Shown here: piece after piece, positions 31,368-39,577 of the stretch | Layout: every line of letters begins with the position of its first letter | How positions within the stretch are numbered: the first letter of the stretch is position 1 | Virus record (IMG/VR): IMGVR_UViG_3300046170_000378 | Location: 148,343-212,342 of that record | DNA: 64,000 bases | Direction: 5' to 3' (one strand) | Program-made: the position numbers and the translations under genes | Notes under the pieces: generated by a model | The model's input: only the letters and a program-made list of their open reading frames with translations | Databases searched by the model: none | What the model was told of the DNA's origin: nothing

Positions 31368-31841
31368 ATGAAAATAATACTCGTAGGCAAAGCAGCTGCT
31401 GGAAAAGACTTTTTAAAGAATAAACTCTCAGATAGAGGGTTTAAAGCTGGAGTTAGTCATACTACTAGACCACCCAGACAAAACGAAACAAATGGTGTAG
31501 ATTATCATTTTGTCAGTAAAGATGAATTTCTGATTATGATTGATCAGGGTAAGTTTATAGAGTATATGGAATTTAATGGATGGTATTATGGTCAAACAGA
31601 AGAAGATTTTGACGGTGCTGACATTATGATTATGTCTAAAGATGGTTTAGATATGTTACCAAAAAAATACAGAAGTCAATGTATTGTAATATATTTAGAT
31701 CCTTCTAGATTAGAAAGATTAAAAAGACTAGAATCTAGAAATGACTTAAATGATTCTATTGTAAGAAGAATGGACACTGATGATCAACAATTTAAAGGCT
31801 TTAGAGATTATGACATCCGAATCTCTAATGCTGATTTTTAA
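31368..31841 (+). CDS. gmk: Guanylate kinase-like protein
   Basis: GKAAAGKD, SHTTRPPRQNETNGVDYHFVS, EFNGWYYG. Confidence 0.88.
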   Translation: MKIILVGKAAAGKDFLKNKLSDRGFKAGVSHTTRPPRQNETNGVDYHFVSKDEFLIMIDQGKFIEYMEFNGWYYGQTEEDFDGADIMIMSKDGLDMLPKKYRSQCIVIYLDPSRLERLKRLESRNDLNDSIVRRMDTDDQQFKGFRDYDIRISNADF

Positions 31842-31878
31842 TTAGGATAAATAATAAATACACTTAAATATTTTAAAA

Positions 31879-32418
31879 ATGAGTACAGAACAAACTAAAA
31901 CTAATGAGCAATTAATTCAAGAAAGATTTGAGTTAGAGCAAGAAGTAAACAAACTACAAGTTGCTTCAGCTGAACGTAAATTTGAAATTAATTTCTCTGA
32001 TCAAAAGATGATCAAAACAGTAATGGATCACCTTAACAAAGGTTATACTTGGAAAACTGCGGATGCTGCGGTTCTAGTGACGCTTTATGACCAGCTTAAA
32101 AATCAAAATAAAGCATATACTAAAGCTAATGAAGAATTAGAAACGTATACAATTGAACTTAGAGGTCATGAGCTAAACGCACTATATCAAGCGCTTTTAA
32201 ATGTTACAGGAACTGGTGTTGAAAACGCTAGAAGATTTATTACAATGTTAACACACGTCGGTGAAACTGTTTCTATCGCTATGAGTGAGCTTGCAGATCT
32301 TAACACTGAGATCAATGAAATGCACACAAAACTAGCAGAACTTGATGCTACTATTGTTACTGAACAAATTGATGCAGAACTAGAAGAGAATAAAGAGACA
32401 GCAAACGCCGGTAAATAA
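31879..32418 (+). CDS. Hypothetical coiled-coil protein
   Basis: ORF track; GATAAATA at 31846. Confidence 0.7.
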   Translation: MSTEQTKTNEQLIQERFELEQEVNKLQVASAERKFEINFSDQKMIKTVMDHLNKGYTWKTADAAVLVTLYDQLKNQNKAYTKANEELETYTIELRGHELNALYQALLNVTGTGVENARRFITMLTHVGETVSIAMSELADLNTEINEMHTKLAELDATIVTEQIDAELEENKETANAGK

Positions 32419-32429
32419 AACCAGCAAGT

Positions 32430-32966
32430 ATGAAACAAGCTAGTAAAAGTCAGAAAAGAATAGACTTCTTAGACTTAGTCACAGAAGCTATTACTCACGA
32501 AGACATCTTCGGAACAATTGACTACAAGAACAAAAGCGAAGACAAAATCATACAATTCATTTATCCACACCTTGTGAGTTCCTTAACAGAATATGTTATG
32601 GAAACACAGGGCAAGGATAAGGATTCTGCCAAAGACTTCGTTAAGAAAAACCTTAAATGGGAAGGTAATGTTAATACAACAGTAAACCACATTCTATTTA
32701 TGGGTACTCAAAATAGACCAGATATGGTCTTAGAGATTAACGGTTTAAAGATTGGTATTGAATTTAAAAGAGGTCAAAAAGGATCAGAATTAAGAAGTGG
32801 TATTGGACAATCTATGGTCTATGCAACACATTATGATTTTGTACTCTACTTATTTGTTGATACTAGTGATGATAGTCGTATTAAGAATGCCCAAACGGGT
32901 GTAAATGAAACCGAATTCATAGATAATCTGTGGAATCAATATAACATAAAATTTATAGTAGCTTAA
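32430..32966 (+). CDS. Restriction-endonuclease-like PD-(D/E)XK protein
   Basis: RPDMVL....IGIEFK....GIGQSMVY. Confidence 0.6.
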   Translation: MKQASKSQKRIDFLDLVTEAITHEDIFGTIDYKNKSEDKIIQFIYPHLVSSLTEYVMETQGKDKDSAKDFVKKNLKWEGNVNTTVNHILFMGTQNRPDMVLEINGLKIGIEFKRGQKGSELRSGIGQSMVYATHYDFVLYLFVDTSDDSRIKNAQTGVNETEFIDNLWNQYNIKFIVA

Positions 32967-33484
32967 TGGCAATATTTGTAACATCCAATCTCCAGCTCGG
33001 AAGACCTGGTGCAATCAAAAAATATAATAGGAATTACGACAACGTTGATCAAATGACAGAAGATCTTATTCTGAAGTGGAACGAAGTCGTAAAACAAGAG
33101 GATACCGTATATCATTTAGGTAATTTTGCTTGGGATCCAAAGACTGCACAAGATGCACTATTGCGTCTTAATGGTAGAATTTATTTTACAAGGGGTGATC
33201 ACGATAAAGCTTTAGAAGTTTTAGACGAAAAGGGAATGCTTAGAAATAGAGTACAGATGATTGATTGTCTTACTACCCTACCAGAACTCAATCTTAGTTT
33301 AACATATTGGCCATTAAAAGCGTGGCCTAATAAAAGAGGTAAAAAAGCATATAACATTATAGGTTATCCTGAAAAGAAATTTAAATCAGATCCAAAAGAA
33401 AGAATCATTAATGTTTCTACTGATTTATGGAAGAACCAACCACAAGACCTTAATAAATTATTAGAAATATTTTCAGATTTCTAA
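32966..33484 (+). CDS. Calcineurin-like phosphoesterase homolog with degenerate metal ligands
   Basis: SNLQLG, DTVYHLGNF and RGDHD in place of SDxHxG, LGD and GNHD. Confidence 0.7.
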   Translation: MAIFVTSNLQLGRPGAIKKYNRNYDNVDQMTEDLILKWNEVVKQEDTVYHLGNFAWDPKTAQDALLRLNGRIYFTRGDHDKALEVLDEKGMLRNRVQMIDCLTTLPELNLSLTYWPLKAWPNKRGKKAYNIIGYPEKKFKSDPKERIINVSTDLWKNQPQDLNKLLEIFSDF

Positions 33485-33576
33485 TTGTTCGTAACTTTTA
33501 GTAAAATAACCGTCATTTAATTTTTTTATGTCGGTTATTTGTGGTATATTAGTACTGTATTTAAAAGCTAAAAGAT

Positions 33577-33801
33577 ATGATTAGATCAAAACAACCAAAA
33601 TCAGAAATAATTATCGATTTAACAGGACCGCAAGGAAATGCATTTTATCTACTTGGAGTTGCAAAGGATTTTTGTAAGCAATTAGATATGACAAAGAAAA
33701 ATACACAATCAATTCTTGATGAAATGACCAGTGGTGATTACGAAAACTTAATTCAAGTTTTTGATCGTGAATTCGGATCAGTGGTAATTTTAGAAAGATA
33801 A
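33577..33801 (+). CDS. Early hypothetical protein
   Basis: IDLTGPQGNAFYLLG; follows early motif. Confidence 0.7.
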   Translation: MIRSKQPKSEIIIDLTGPQGNAFYLLGVAKDFCKQLDMTKKNTQSILDEMTSGDYENLIQVFDREFGSVVILER

Positions 33802-33882
33802 TTAAAAATAATTCAGCCCAGATTTTTTTATGTCAAAAAGATTTGGTATATTAGCCTAGTAATAATTAAAAAAAGAAAACAT

Positions 33883-34494
33883 ATGTCAAAATCAAAAGAG
33901 TTAAGCTACCGTCAGCTATCAGAGAATTTCATCAATTCTAAATCAGAAAAAGATTATAATGCGCTTTACGTTCGTGTGAAGCCAGGTTTGAAAAACTACA
34001 TTCATAATGTGGTCAAAGATAATGAAGCTACAGATGATATTTTGACAAATACTCTTACGAAGATGTGGACCAAGATAGATCAATATGATCCTAAATATCA
34101 AATCACTACATGGCTTTATCGTATTGCCTTTAATGAATGTCTTGGTTGGATTCGTCAACGTAATCGTAAATATAGCATCGATGCAATGAAAGAATATGGT
34201 ATTGAAATCTCAGAACACTATTCTCATACATCAGCTCATGATCTTCTTATTGAGATTGAGAGTAAAACCGAAGCAGATTTTATTGAAGAAGACGAAGCAC
34301 TTATGAATTCTTATGAATTGGCACTAAAAGCAATTCAAGATCTAAAGCCAATGTATCGAGATATTATCGAAGATCGTCTACTTAACAACATGAAATACGA
34401 AGATATTGCATCAAAGTATGGTGTGCCTCTTCAAACTGTTAAGAATCGTATCCGTAGGGGTAAGATTTTGATTCAAGAATCAATGACAAAATAA
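33883..34494 (+). CDS. ECF-type (sigma-70 family, group 4) RNA polymerase sigma factor
   Basis: Region 2 (DDILTNTLTKMW..IDQYD....TWLYRIAFNEC) and region 4 HTH (LKPMYRDII..MKYEDIA..VPLQTVKNRIRRGK); no regions 1 or 3. Confidence 0.9.
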   Translation: MSKSKELSYRQLSENFINSKSEKDYNALYVRVKPGLKNYIHNVVKDNEATDDILTNTLTKMWTKIDQYDPKYQITTWLYRIAFNECLGWIRQRNRKYSIDAMKEYGIEISEHYSHTSAHDLLIEIESKTEADFIEEDEALMNSYELALKAIQDLKPMYRDIIEDRLLNNMKYEDIASKYGVPLQTVKNRIRRGKILIQESMTK

Positions 34495-34598
34495 ATATCC
34501 CACCAATTGAAACCTTGCAAATAGCGCAAGTATAAAGATAGCAATCAGCAACGGCAGATTGAATGAAGAGCGAATTTGAAATGTAGATAGAAATCAAT

Positions 34599-34687
34599 GC
34601 CGGAATGGTGGAATTGGTAGACACGAGGGACTTAAAATCCCTTGGGCAGTAATGCCCGTGACGGTTCGAGCCCGTCTTCCGGTACCA
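34599..34687 (+). tRNA. trnL: tRNA-Leu(UAA)
   Basis: Cloverleaf with long variable arm; anticodon loop CTTAAAA; encoded CCA. Confidence 0.93.
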
Positions 34688-34748
34688 AGCAGGGAGTTAT
34701 ACAATACATGTTGGAACTATATAACTTTAAAATAGAACCCTGCGATAT

Positions 34749-34822
34749 GGACCAGTAGCTCAGCTGGATAGAGCATCTGCCTTCTAAGCAGACGGTCACA
34801 GGTTCGAATCCTGTCTGGTTCA
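34749..34822 (+). tRNA. trnR: tRNA-Arg(UCU)
   Basis: Anticodon arm TCTGC-CTTCTAA-GCAGA; no encoded CCA. Confidence 0.93.
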
Positions 34823-34830
34823 CTAAATAT

Positions 34831-34946
34831 GGGGAGTTAGTCAAATAGGTACGACGCTCCAGCTATAAGGCCGAAAACATCATACTAGTTACGAGGTGTG
34901 ATTAGGCTTGTTGGCAGAAGTAGGGGTTCGAATCCCCTACTCCCCC
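34831..34946 (+). ncRNA. tRNA-like RNA with ~45-nt insertion in the anticodon arm
   Basis: Acceptor GGGGAGT/ACTCCCC, D-arm GTC..GAC, T-arm AGGGG-TTCGAAT-CCCCT, long hairpin replacing the anticodon loop. Confidence 0.75.
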
Positions 34947-35047
34947 GCTCTTAGATAGGTTTAACAACCGAACAACGAGGCGTCAAATCTCACGCCTACA
35001 AGTCGAAAGACGGAGTCTAAGTGGAGTAATTTAAATATATAAACCTC

Positions 35048-35135
35048 GGAGAGGTGGCAGAGTGGTCGAATGCACTGGTCTTGAAAACCAGCGTACAGCA
35101 ATGTACCGGGGGTTCGAATCCCTCCCTCTCCGCCA
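35048..35135 (+). tRNA. trnS: tRNA-Ser(UGA)
   Basis: CTGGT-CTTGAAA-ACCAG, long variable arm, CCA. Confidence 0.93.
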
Positions 35136-35137
35136 TT

Positions 35138-35214
35138 GGTCTGGTAGTTCAGTTGGTTAGAATACTTGCCTGTCACGCAAGGGGTCGCGAGTTCGAGTCT
35201 CGTCCAGACCGCCA
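35138..35214 (+). tRNA. trnD: tRNA-Asp(GUC)
   Basis: TTGC-CTGTCAC-GCAA anticodon arm, CCA. Confidence 0.93.
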
Positions 35215-35232
35215 AAAAGAAAGAGAGAGAGT

Positions 35233-35658
35233 ATGAGGTTGTTGGTGGCACTTCTTTTTAGTACAATGATGTGGGCACAAGATTGTTCACCATATCATAA
35301 GGTTGATAAGTGGGAAGTAAATGATGATGTAGATTTTACTGCAGCTTGGGTTAGTTGTTTCCACGCATCTGGCTTAGCGTTTTCAATGGATTATAACAAC
35401 ATCTCTTTAGGAACTCATCTGATGGGCGAAGGCCATATGAATTCTGCATACGTGTTCTTGAGCTATCAATATCAACCACTCGATAGAATTAAATTATCTG
35501 CTGGACCTCTGTATAAATTAAATAACAATAGTGGCTTAATGGTTGCACAATATGGTGGAGATATTAAGTTATATAAATCTATCTGGCTCACGAGTAGAAT
35601 TTTGCAAATTAGAACAGATTTAAATTATCTTAACGTAGGACTTAAAATTGTGCTATAA
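35233..35658 (+). CDS. Hypothetical secreted/outer-membrane-like protein
   Basis: Signal-peptide-like N-terminus, beta-rich sequence. Confidence 0.6.
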   Translation: MRLLVALLFSTMMWAQDCSPYHKVDKWEVNDDVDFTAAWVSCFHASGLAFSMDYNNISLGTHLMGEGHMNSAYVFLSYQYQPLDRIKLSAGPLYKLNNNSGLMVAQYGGDIKLYKSIWLTSRILQIRTDLNYLNVGLKIVL

Positions 35659-35689
35659 TTGGATATATAAAATAAATATATGTCCTTAA

Positions 35690-36148
35690 ATGTCATTCAC
35701 AGAATTCAAAAATAAATTCGGTAACGTTATTTTTACAGTTACTGCTATTGGTGCATTGGTTACATTAATTGGTTACATTAGCCCAATTGTTGACTATGCG
35801 TCTGACCTTAATAAATTAGTTAATGAGTACGAGCAAATTCATAAATCTATGCAGAGAATAGAAACTCACATAGATCAATATGAAAGTGACAGAACTAATA
35901 AGAAGAAAACCTTCTCTATCGGACTTAGATCTGATACTGAAAATGGACAAATGATCTATGTAGATGAGAACAATGGAATCTATAGAGCGTTTCTAGACCC
36001 TAAAACTAAAGAATATTTTTATTATGATTCCGATGGACATCCGGTCTATTGTTATTCACAAAGAAAGGTTAATGGCGAAAAAGATCATATAGAAATTAAG
36101 CCTCTAGTTCTACCTGAAATTATTATCCTTACAGACTCTATCCAATAA
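35690..36148 (+). CDS. Late hypothetical membrane protein (TM + coiled coil)
   Basis: GATATATA at 35662; N-terminal hydrophobic helix. Confidence 0.65.
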   Translation: MSFTEFKNKFGNVIFTVTAIGALVTLIGYISPIVDYASDLNKLVNEYEQIHKSMQRIETHIDQYESDRTNKKKTFSIGLRSDTENGQMIYVDENNGIYRAFLDPKTKEYFYYDSDGHPVYCYSQRKVNGEKDHIEIKPLVLPEIIILTDSIQ

Positions 36149-36203
36149 ATCAAATGAAACAGTATTATACTGTATTGTATAAGTATTGGCTGTCAGTCAA
36201 GCT

Positions 36204-36328
36204 TTAGAGAGGTAGTGAAGCTGTAGTTAAGAAGTAGAGTGTATTAATTGTCGAAAAAGGGTTTATAGTAGACAGGCGTTACTCATTGCACTTAACCAGA
36301 AACCCCGAAAGACCCGAAGCCTCTCTAA
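36204..36328 (+). ncRNA. Candidate structured RNA with pseudoknot
   Basis: Closing stem TTAGAGAGG/CCTCTCTAA; crossing helices GTTAAG/CTTAAC and GGGTTT/AAACCC. Confidence 0.45.
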
Positions 36329-36331
36329 TTT

Positions 36332-36403
36332 GCTCCGTTCGTCTAACGGTTAGGACATTAGGTTTTCATCCTAAAAATAGGAGTTCGATTCTCCTACGGA
36401 GTA
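36332..36403 (+). tRNA. trnE: tRNA-Glu(UUC)
   Basis: TTAGG-TTTTCAT-CCTAA; no CCA. Confidence 0.9.
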
Positions 36404-36435
36404 CAATTATATAGCAAGTTTATATAAGTAAACAA

Positions 36436-36508
36436 TGTCCCTTGGTGTAATTGGCAACACGTCTGGTTTTGGTCCAGAAGAGTATAGGTTCGACCCCTGT
36501 AGGGACAA
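36436..36508 (+). tRNA. trnQ: tRNA-Gln(UUG)
   Basis: TCTGG-TTTTGGT-CCAGA; no CCA. Confidence 0.9.
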
Positions 36509-36516
36509 CAATTTTT

Positions 36517-36591
36517 CGGGGTGTAGCGTAGCCCGGTTATCGCGCCACGTTTGGGACGTGGAGGCCGCAGGTTCGAATCCTGCCACCCCGA
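36517..36591 (+). tRNA. trnP: tRNA-Pro(UGG)
   Basis: CCACG-TTTGGGA-CGTGG; no CCA. Confidence 0.92.
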
Positions 36592-36745
36592 CATTTTAAC
36601 ACCATTTCACTGAAACCTTTCAAATCAGCTTAATATAACTATCAAATCTAACAAACCTAGATTTTAAAAGTTATTTGACTTGCTAAACAAATAGATCATA
36701 GATCGAGTCTTGCACCTCTACATAGATTATAGGTGTTTTCAACAT

Positions 36746-36822
36746 GGGGATGTAGCTCAGTTGGTTAGAGCAGGACTCTTATATAGTCAAGGTCGTGGGT
36801 TCGAGCCCCGCCATCCCTACCA
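36746..36822 (+). tRNA. trnI: tRNA-Ile(UAU)
   Basis: GACT-CTTATAT-AGTC anticodon arm, canonical D and T arms, CCA. Confidence 0.85.
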
Positions 36823-36843
36823 AAGGCAACTATGATTTATTAA

Positions 36844-36916
36844 GATCTCTTAGCTCAGTTGGTAGAGCATCACACTTTTAATGTGAGGGTCCAGGGTTCG
36901 AGCCCCTGAGGGATCA
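36844..36916 (+). tRNA. trnK: tRNA-Lys(UUU)
   Basis: TCACA-CTTTTAA-TGTGA; no CCA. Confidence 0.92.
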
Positions 36917-36919
36917 CTT

Positions 36920-37001
36920 GCGGATGTGGTGAAATTGGTAGACACGCTAGTTTTAGGCACTAGTGCTTTATAGCTTGAAGGTTCGAGTCCTTTCATCCGC
37001 A
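36920..37001 (+). tRNA. trnL: tRNA-Leu(UAG)
   Basis: CTAGT-TTTAGGC-ACTAG, variable arm; no CCA. Confidence 0.9.
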
Positions 37002-37023
37002 CGTGTCATGCAAGCGCAAAAGA

Positions 37024-37058
37024 CGGGGTCCCAAACAAAAGACAAGTTTGGGGCCCCG
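37024..37058 (+). terminator. 13-bp GC-rich hairpin closing the tRNA array
   Basis: CGGGGTCCCAAAC / GTTTGGGGCCCCG; lacks a U-tract. Confidence 0.5.
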
Positions 37059-37096
37059 GTAAGAATGATATATAGTATGTAAAATAAACTATTGTT

Positions 37097-38236
37097 ATGC
37101 AAAAATTTAGTAACTTTATGCTTCTTAGAGAAGCTGAAACCAAACTTAAAGTTAATGTACCTTCGGATATATTAGACTTATACAATCTTTTCAAAAAGAA
37201 TGGTAAAGAATTGTATGTGGTTGGTGGTGCAGTACGAGATGCATTATTAGGTAAAAAACCAAAAGACTTTGATTTGGCTACTGACGCATTTCCTGCAGAA
37301 GTTATTGATATTGTTACTAAAGGAGGTTATTCAACAACAGGTGAAGTTGGACACCAATTTGGTGTAGTTATTGTAAACGTACCTTCTGATCCAGCGGGTG
37401 TTGAGATTGCTACTTTTAGAGAAGACATTGGAAAGGGTAGAAGACCAGATGCAGTTGAGTATTCTACTATTGATAAAGATGTACTAAGACGAGATTTAAC
37501 AATCAATGCACTGTTCTATGATATGGGCAGACAAGAGGTTGTTGATTTAGTTGGTGGTTTGGATGATATAAAAAATTCAAAGATTAGAACTGTAGGTGTT
37601 GCAGCTGATAGATTCGCTGAAGATCCTTTAAGAAAACTAAGAGCTTTAAGATTTGCTGGTAGAACTGGATCAAACTTAGAAGAAGAAACTGCTAATGCCA
37701 TTTTAACAGATAATAGTTTAGAAGGTATTAGTGCAGAGAGAATTAGAGATGAGTTTAAAAAATCTATAGTTTCTGCTAAGTCCGCTAAGAAGTACTTAGA
37801 GATGGTCTCTGAATTCAACCTGTGGTCTGTTATGTTTCCTACATTAGAGATCAATAAAAAATTCATAGACACCAATACTTGGCTTGTTCAATTGGGTACA
37901 CTGTTTATTGCCAATGAACATAAAAAAGAAATGAACAAACTTACATTTACCAATGATGAGATTGATGCATGTATTTTCTTAAAGAGAATCATGGCGTTCG
38001 ATGTAAATGACGTGTTTGATTTACATAAGCAATTTAAAAACACCAACATGGACAAGAAAGAAGTTCTTGAATTTGCAAAAATACACAAATTAGATATTAA
38101 AACCTTGAAGGCGTTCTTTAAATATAAACCAACTACTAATGGTAAGGATGTAATGAAAGAGTTCGGCATCAAAGGACCAGAAGTTGCAATAAAGATAAAA
38201 CAAATAGAATCAGATAAATTTAAAAAGACTATTTAA
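37097..38236 (+). CDS. cca: CCA-adding enzyme / tRNA nucleotidyltransferase (class II)
   Basis: YVVGGAVRDALLGKKPKDFDLAT, EIATFR, RRDLTINAL, EDPLRKLRALRF; adjacent to tRNAs lacking CCA. Confidence 0.9.
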   Translation: MQKFSNFMLLREAETKLKVNVPSDILDLYNLFKKNGKELYVVGGAVRDALLGKKPKDFDLATDAFPAEVIDIVTKGGYSTTGEVGHQFGVVIVNVPSDPAGVEIATFREDIGKGRRPDAVEYSTIDKDVLRRDLTINALFYDMGRQEVVDLVGGLDDIKNSKIRTVGVAADRFAEDPLRKLRALRFAGRTGSNLEEETANAILTDNSLEGISAERIRDEFKKSIVSAKSAKKYLEMVSEFNLWSVMFPTLEINKKFIDTNTWLVQLGTLFIANEHKKEMNKLTFTNDEIDACIFLKRIMAFDVNDVFDLHKQFKNTNMDKKEVLEFAKIHKLDIKTLKAFFKYKPTTNGKDVMKEFGIKGPEVAIKIKQIESDKFKKTI

Positions 38237-38622
38237 TGGAATTAATTTCAACACACCCTGTTAAAAAATCAGATTTAGGTTTTCATGGTAATCTTTTCGG
38301 TGGTAAATTATTAGCATGGGTAGATGCAGCTGGCGCATCTTACGCATCTCAGGTATGTGATACGCCAAGAATGGTAACAGTACTTATTGACGAGTGTGTA
38401 TTTAAGAAACCTGCAAAAGAAGGACATTTACTTAAAATTTACGGAGAAGTAGAAACCATAGGTAGAACTTCAGTAATATTAAAGGTTGAGGCTAGATCAC
38501 ATAATGTGTATGATGGAAGGCAAGCTATTATTCTTGCTACAAATATTAAATTTGTTAGAATAGATGAACAAGGGGAAGCAATTCCTATTAGTCAAAGGGT
38601 AAAAGATAAATTTAAGAAATAA
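38236..38622 (+). CDS. Acyl-CoA thioesterase (HotDog, YciA-like)
   Basis: HGNLFGGKLLAWVDAAG, IGRTS..LKVE, FVRID..G..IP. Confidence 0.85.
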   Translation: MELISTHPVKKSDLGFHGNLFGGKLLAWVDAAGASYASQVCDTPRMVTVLIDECVFKKPAKEGHLLKIYGEVETIGRTSVILKVEARSHNVYDGRQAIILATNIKFVRIDEQGEAIPISQRVKDKFKK

Positions 38623-38836
38623 GAGTAATATATACTAGCCATAGTTATTTTAGCCATGGAAAGTAAGAAACAATAATAGCAATGAATAACGAGCAACAAA
38701 ACGGTAACACTCAGTTAAATCAAGACAGAAACGCTTTCAATCAGAAAGTAAGTAAACTATCTATGTTAGGCAGAACTAAGAAAGTTCAATGGTCTAATAG
38801 ACGTAGATGGAGAAACGTGTAAACACATAAAATCTT

Positions 38837-39430
38837 ATGGAATTTTTATTAAACGTCTTAACGGTGTTTTTAACACTGTTCGCTGTCATAGATATGCCAG
38901 GAAACGTACCTTTGATTATTAAGCTACGTAAAGAAAATGGTGAAATAGAATCTCTAAAATCTACAATAATAGCCACGGTTATTATGGTCTCAATTCTATT
39001 TGTAGGGCAAACTTTATTTAGACTTTTGGGAATTGAAACATTTCACTTTGCATTGGCAGGCGCGATGCTTCTCCTATATTTCGGTGTTAAGATGGTACTA
39101 GGGATAGAATCAGAATCTAATTCAGAACCAATGCCAGCAACTATATTTCCAATAGCATTTCCAATTATAGCAGGACCAGGAACCTTATCAACTATCATGT
39201 CACTGACTCAAGATTTAAGTAATATTGAAATTATTTTGGGTATTATATTGAATGCTATAATGATTTACATATTCTTAAAGACAGCACCTTGGATTCAAAA
39301 CAAATTAGGCGTTGTTGGAATTACTATTATGGAGAGAGTCTTTGGAATCTTACTAGTTGCCATTGGAATGAAAATACTAATCAATTCTTTGGTACTAAGT
39401 GTTGTTGCAGCTCAATCAGCGATAGGCTAA
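38837..39430 (+). CDS. marC: MarC family integral membrane protein
   Basis: LFAVIDMPGNVP, GIETFHFALAG, FPIAFPIIAGPG, ERVFGILL. Confidence 0.88.
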   Translation: MEFLLNVLTVFLTLFAVIDMPGNVPLIIKLRKENGEIESLKSTIIATVIMVSILFVGQTLFRLLGIETFHFALAGAMLLLYFGVKMVLGIESESNSEPMPATIFPIAFPIIAGPGTLSTIMSLTQDLSNIEIILGIILNAIMIYIFLKTAPWIQNKLGVVGITIMERVFGILLVAIGMKILINSLVLSVVAAQSAIG

Positions 39431-39577
39431 ATAATGGCCAATGTAAATACAAGTACCATAATTACTACGTAAAGTACTTTAGATATGTCAATTCTTTTTT
39501 CCATGTAATATTTATTTGAAAGCTACAGTGGAAACAAGATTCGGCACATTAATTAATTGTTAAGCAATTATTAAATG

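Noticed and set aside
34632-35251. ORFs at 34632-34844, 34961-35251 and 35054-35236
   Set aside because: They overlap tRNA genes; typical tRNA shadow ORFs
36640-36740. Short hairpins upstream of tRNA-Ile
   Set aside because: Weak AT-rich stems with no closing helix; not distinguishable from chance
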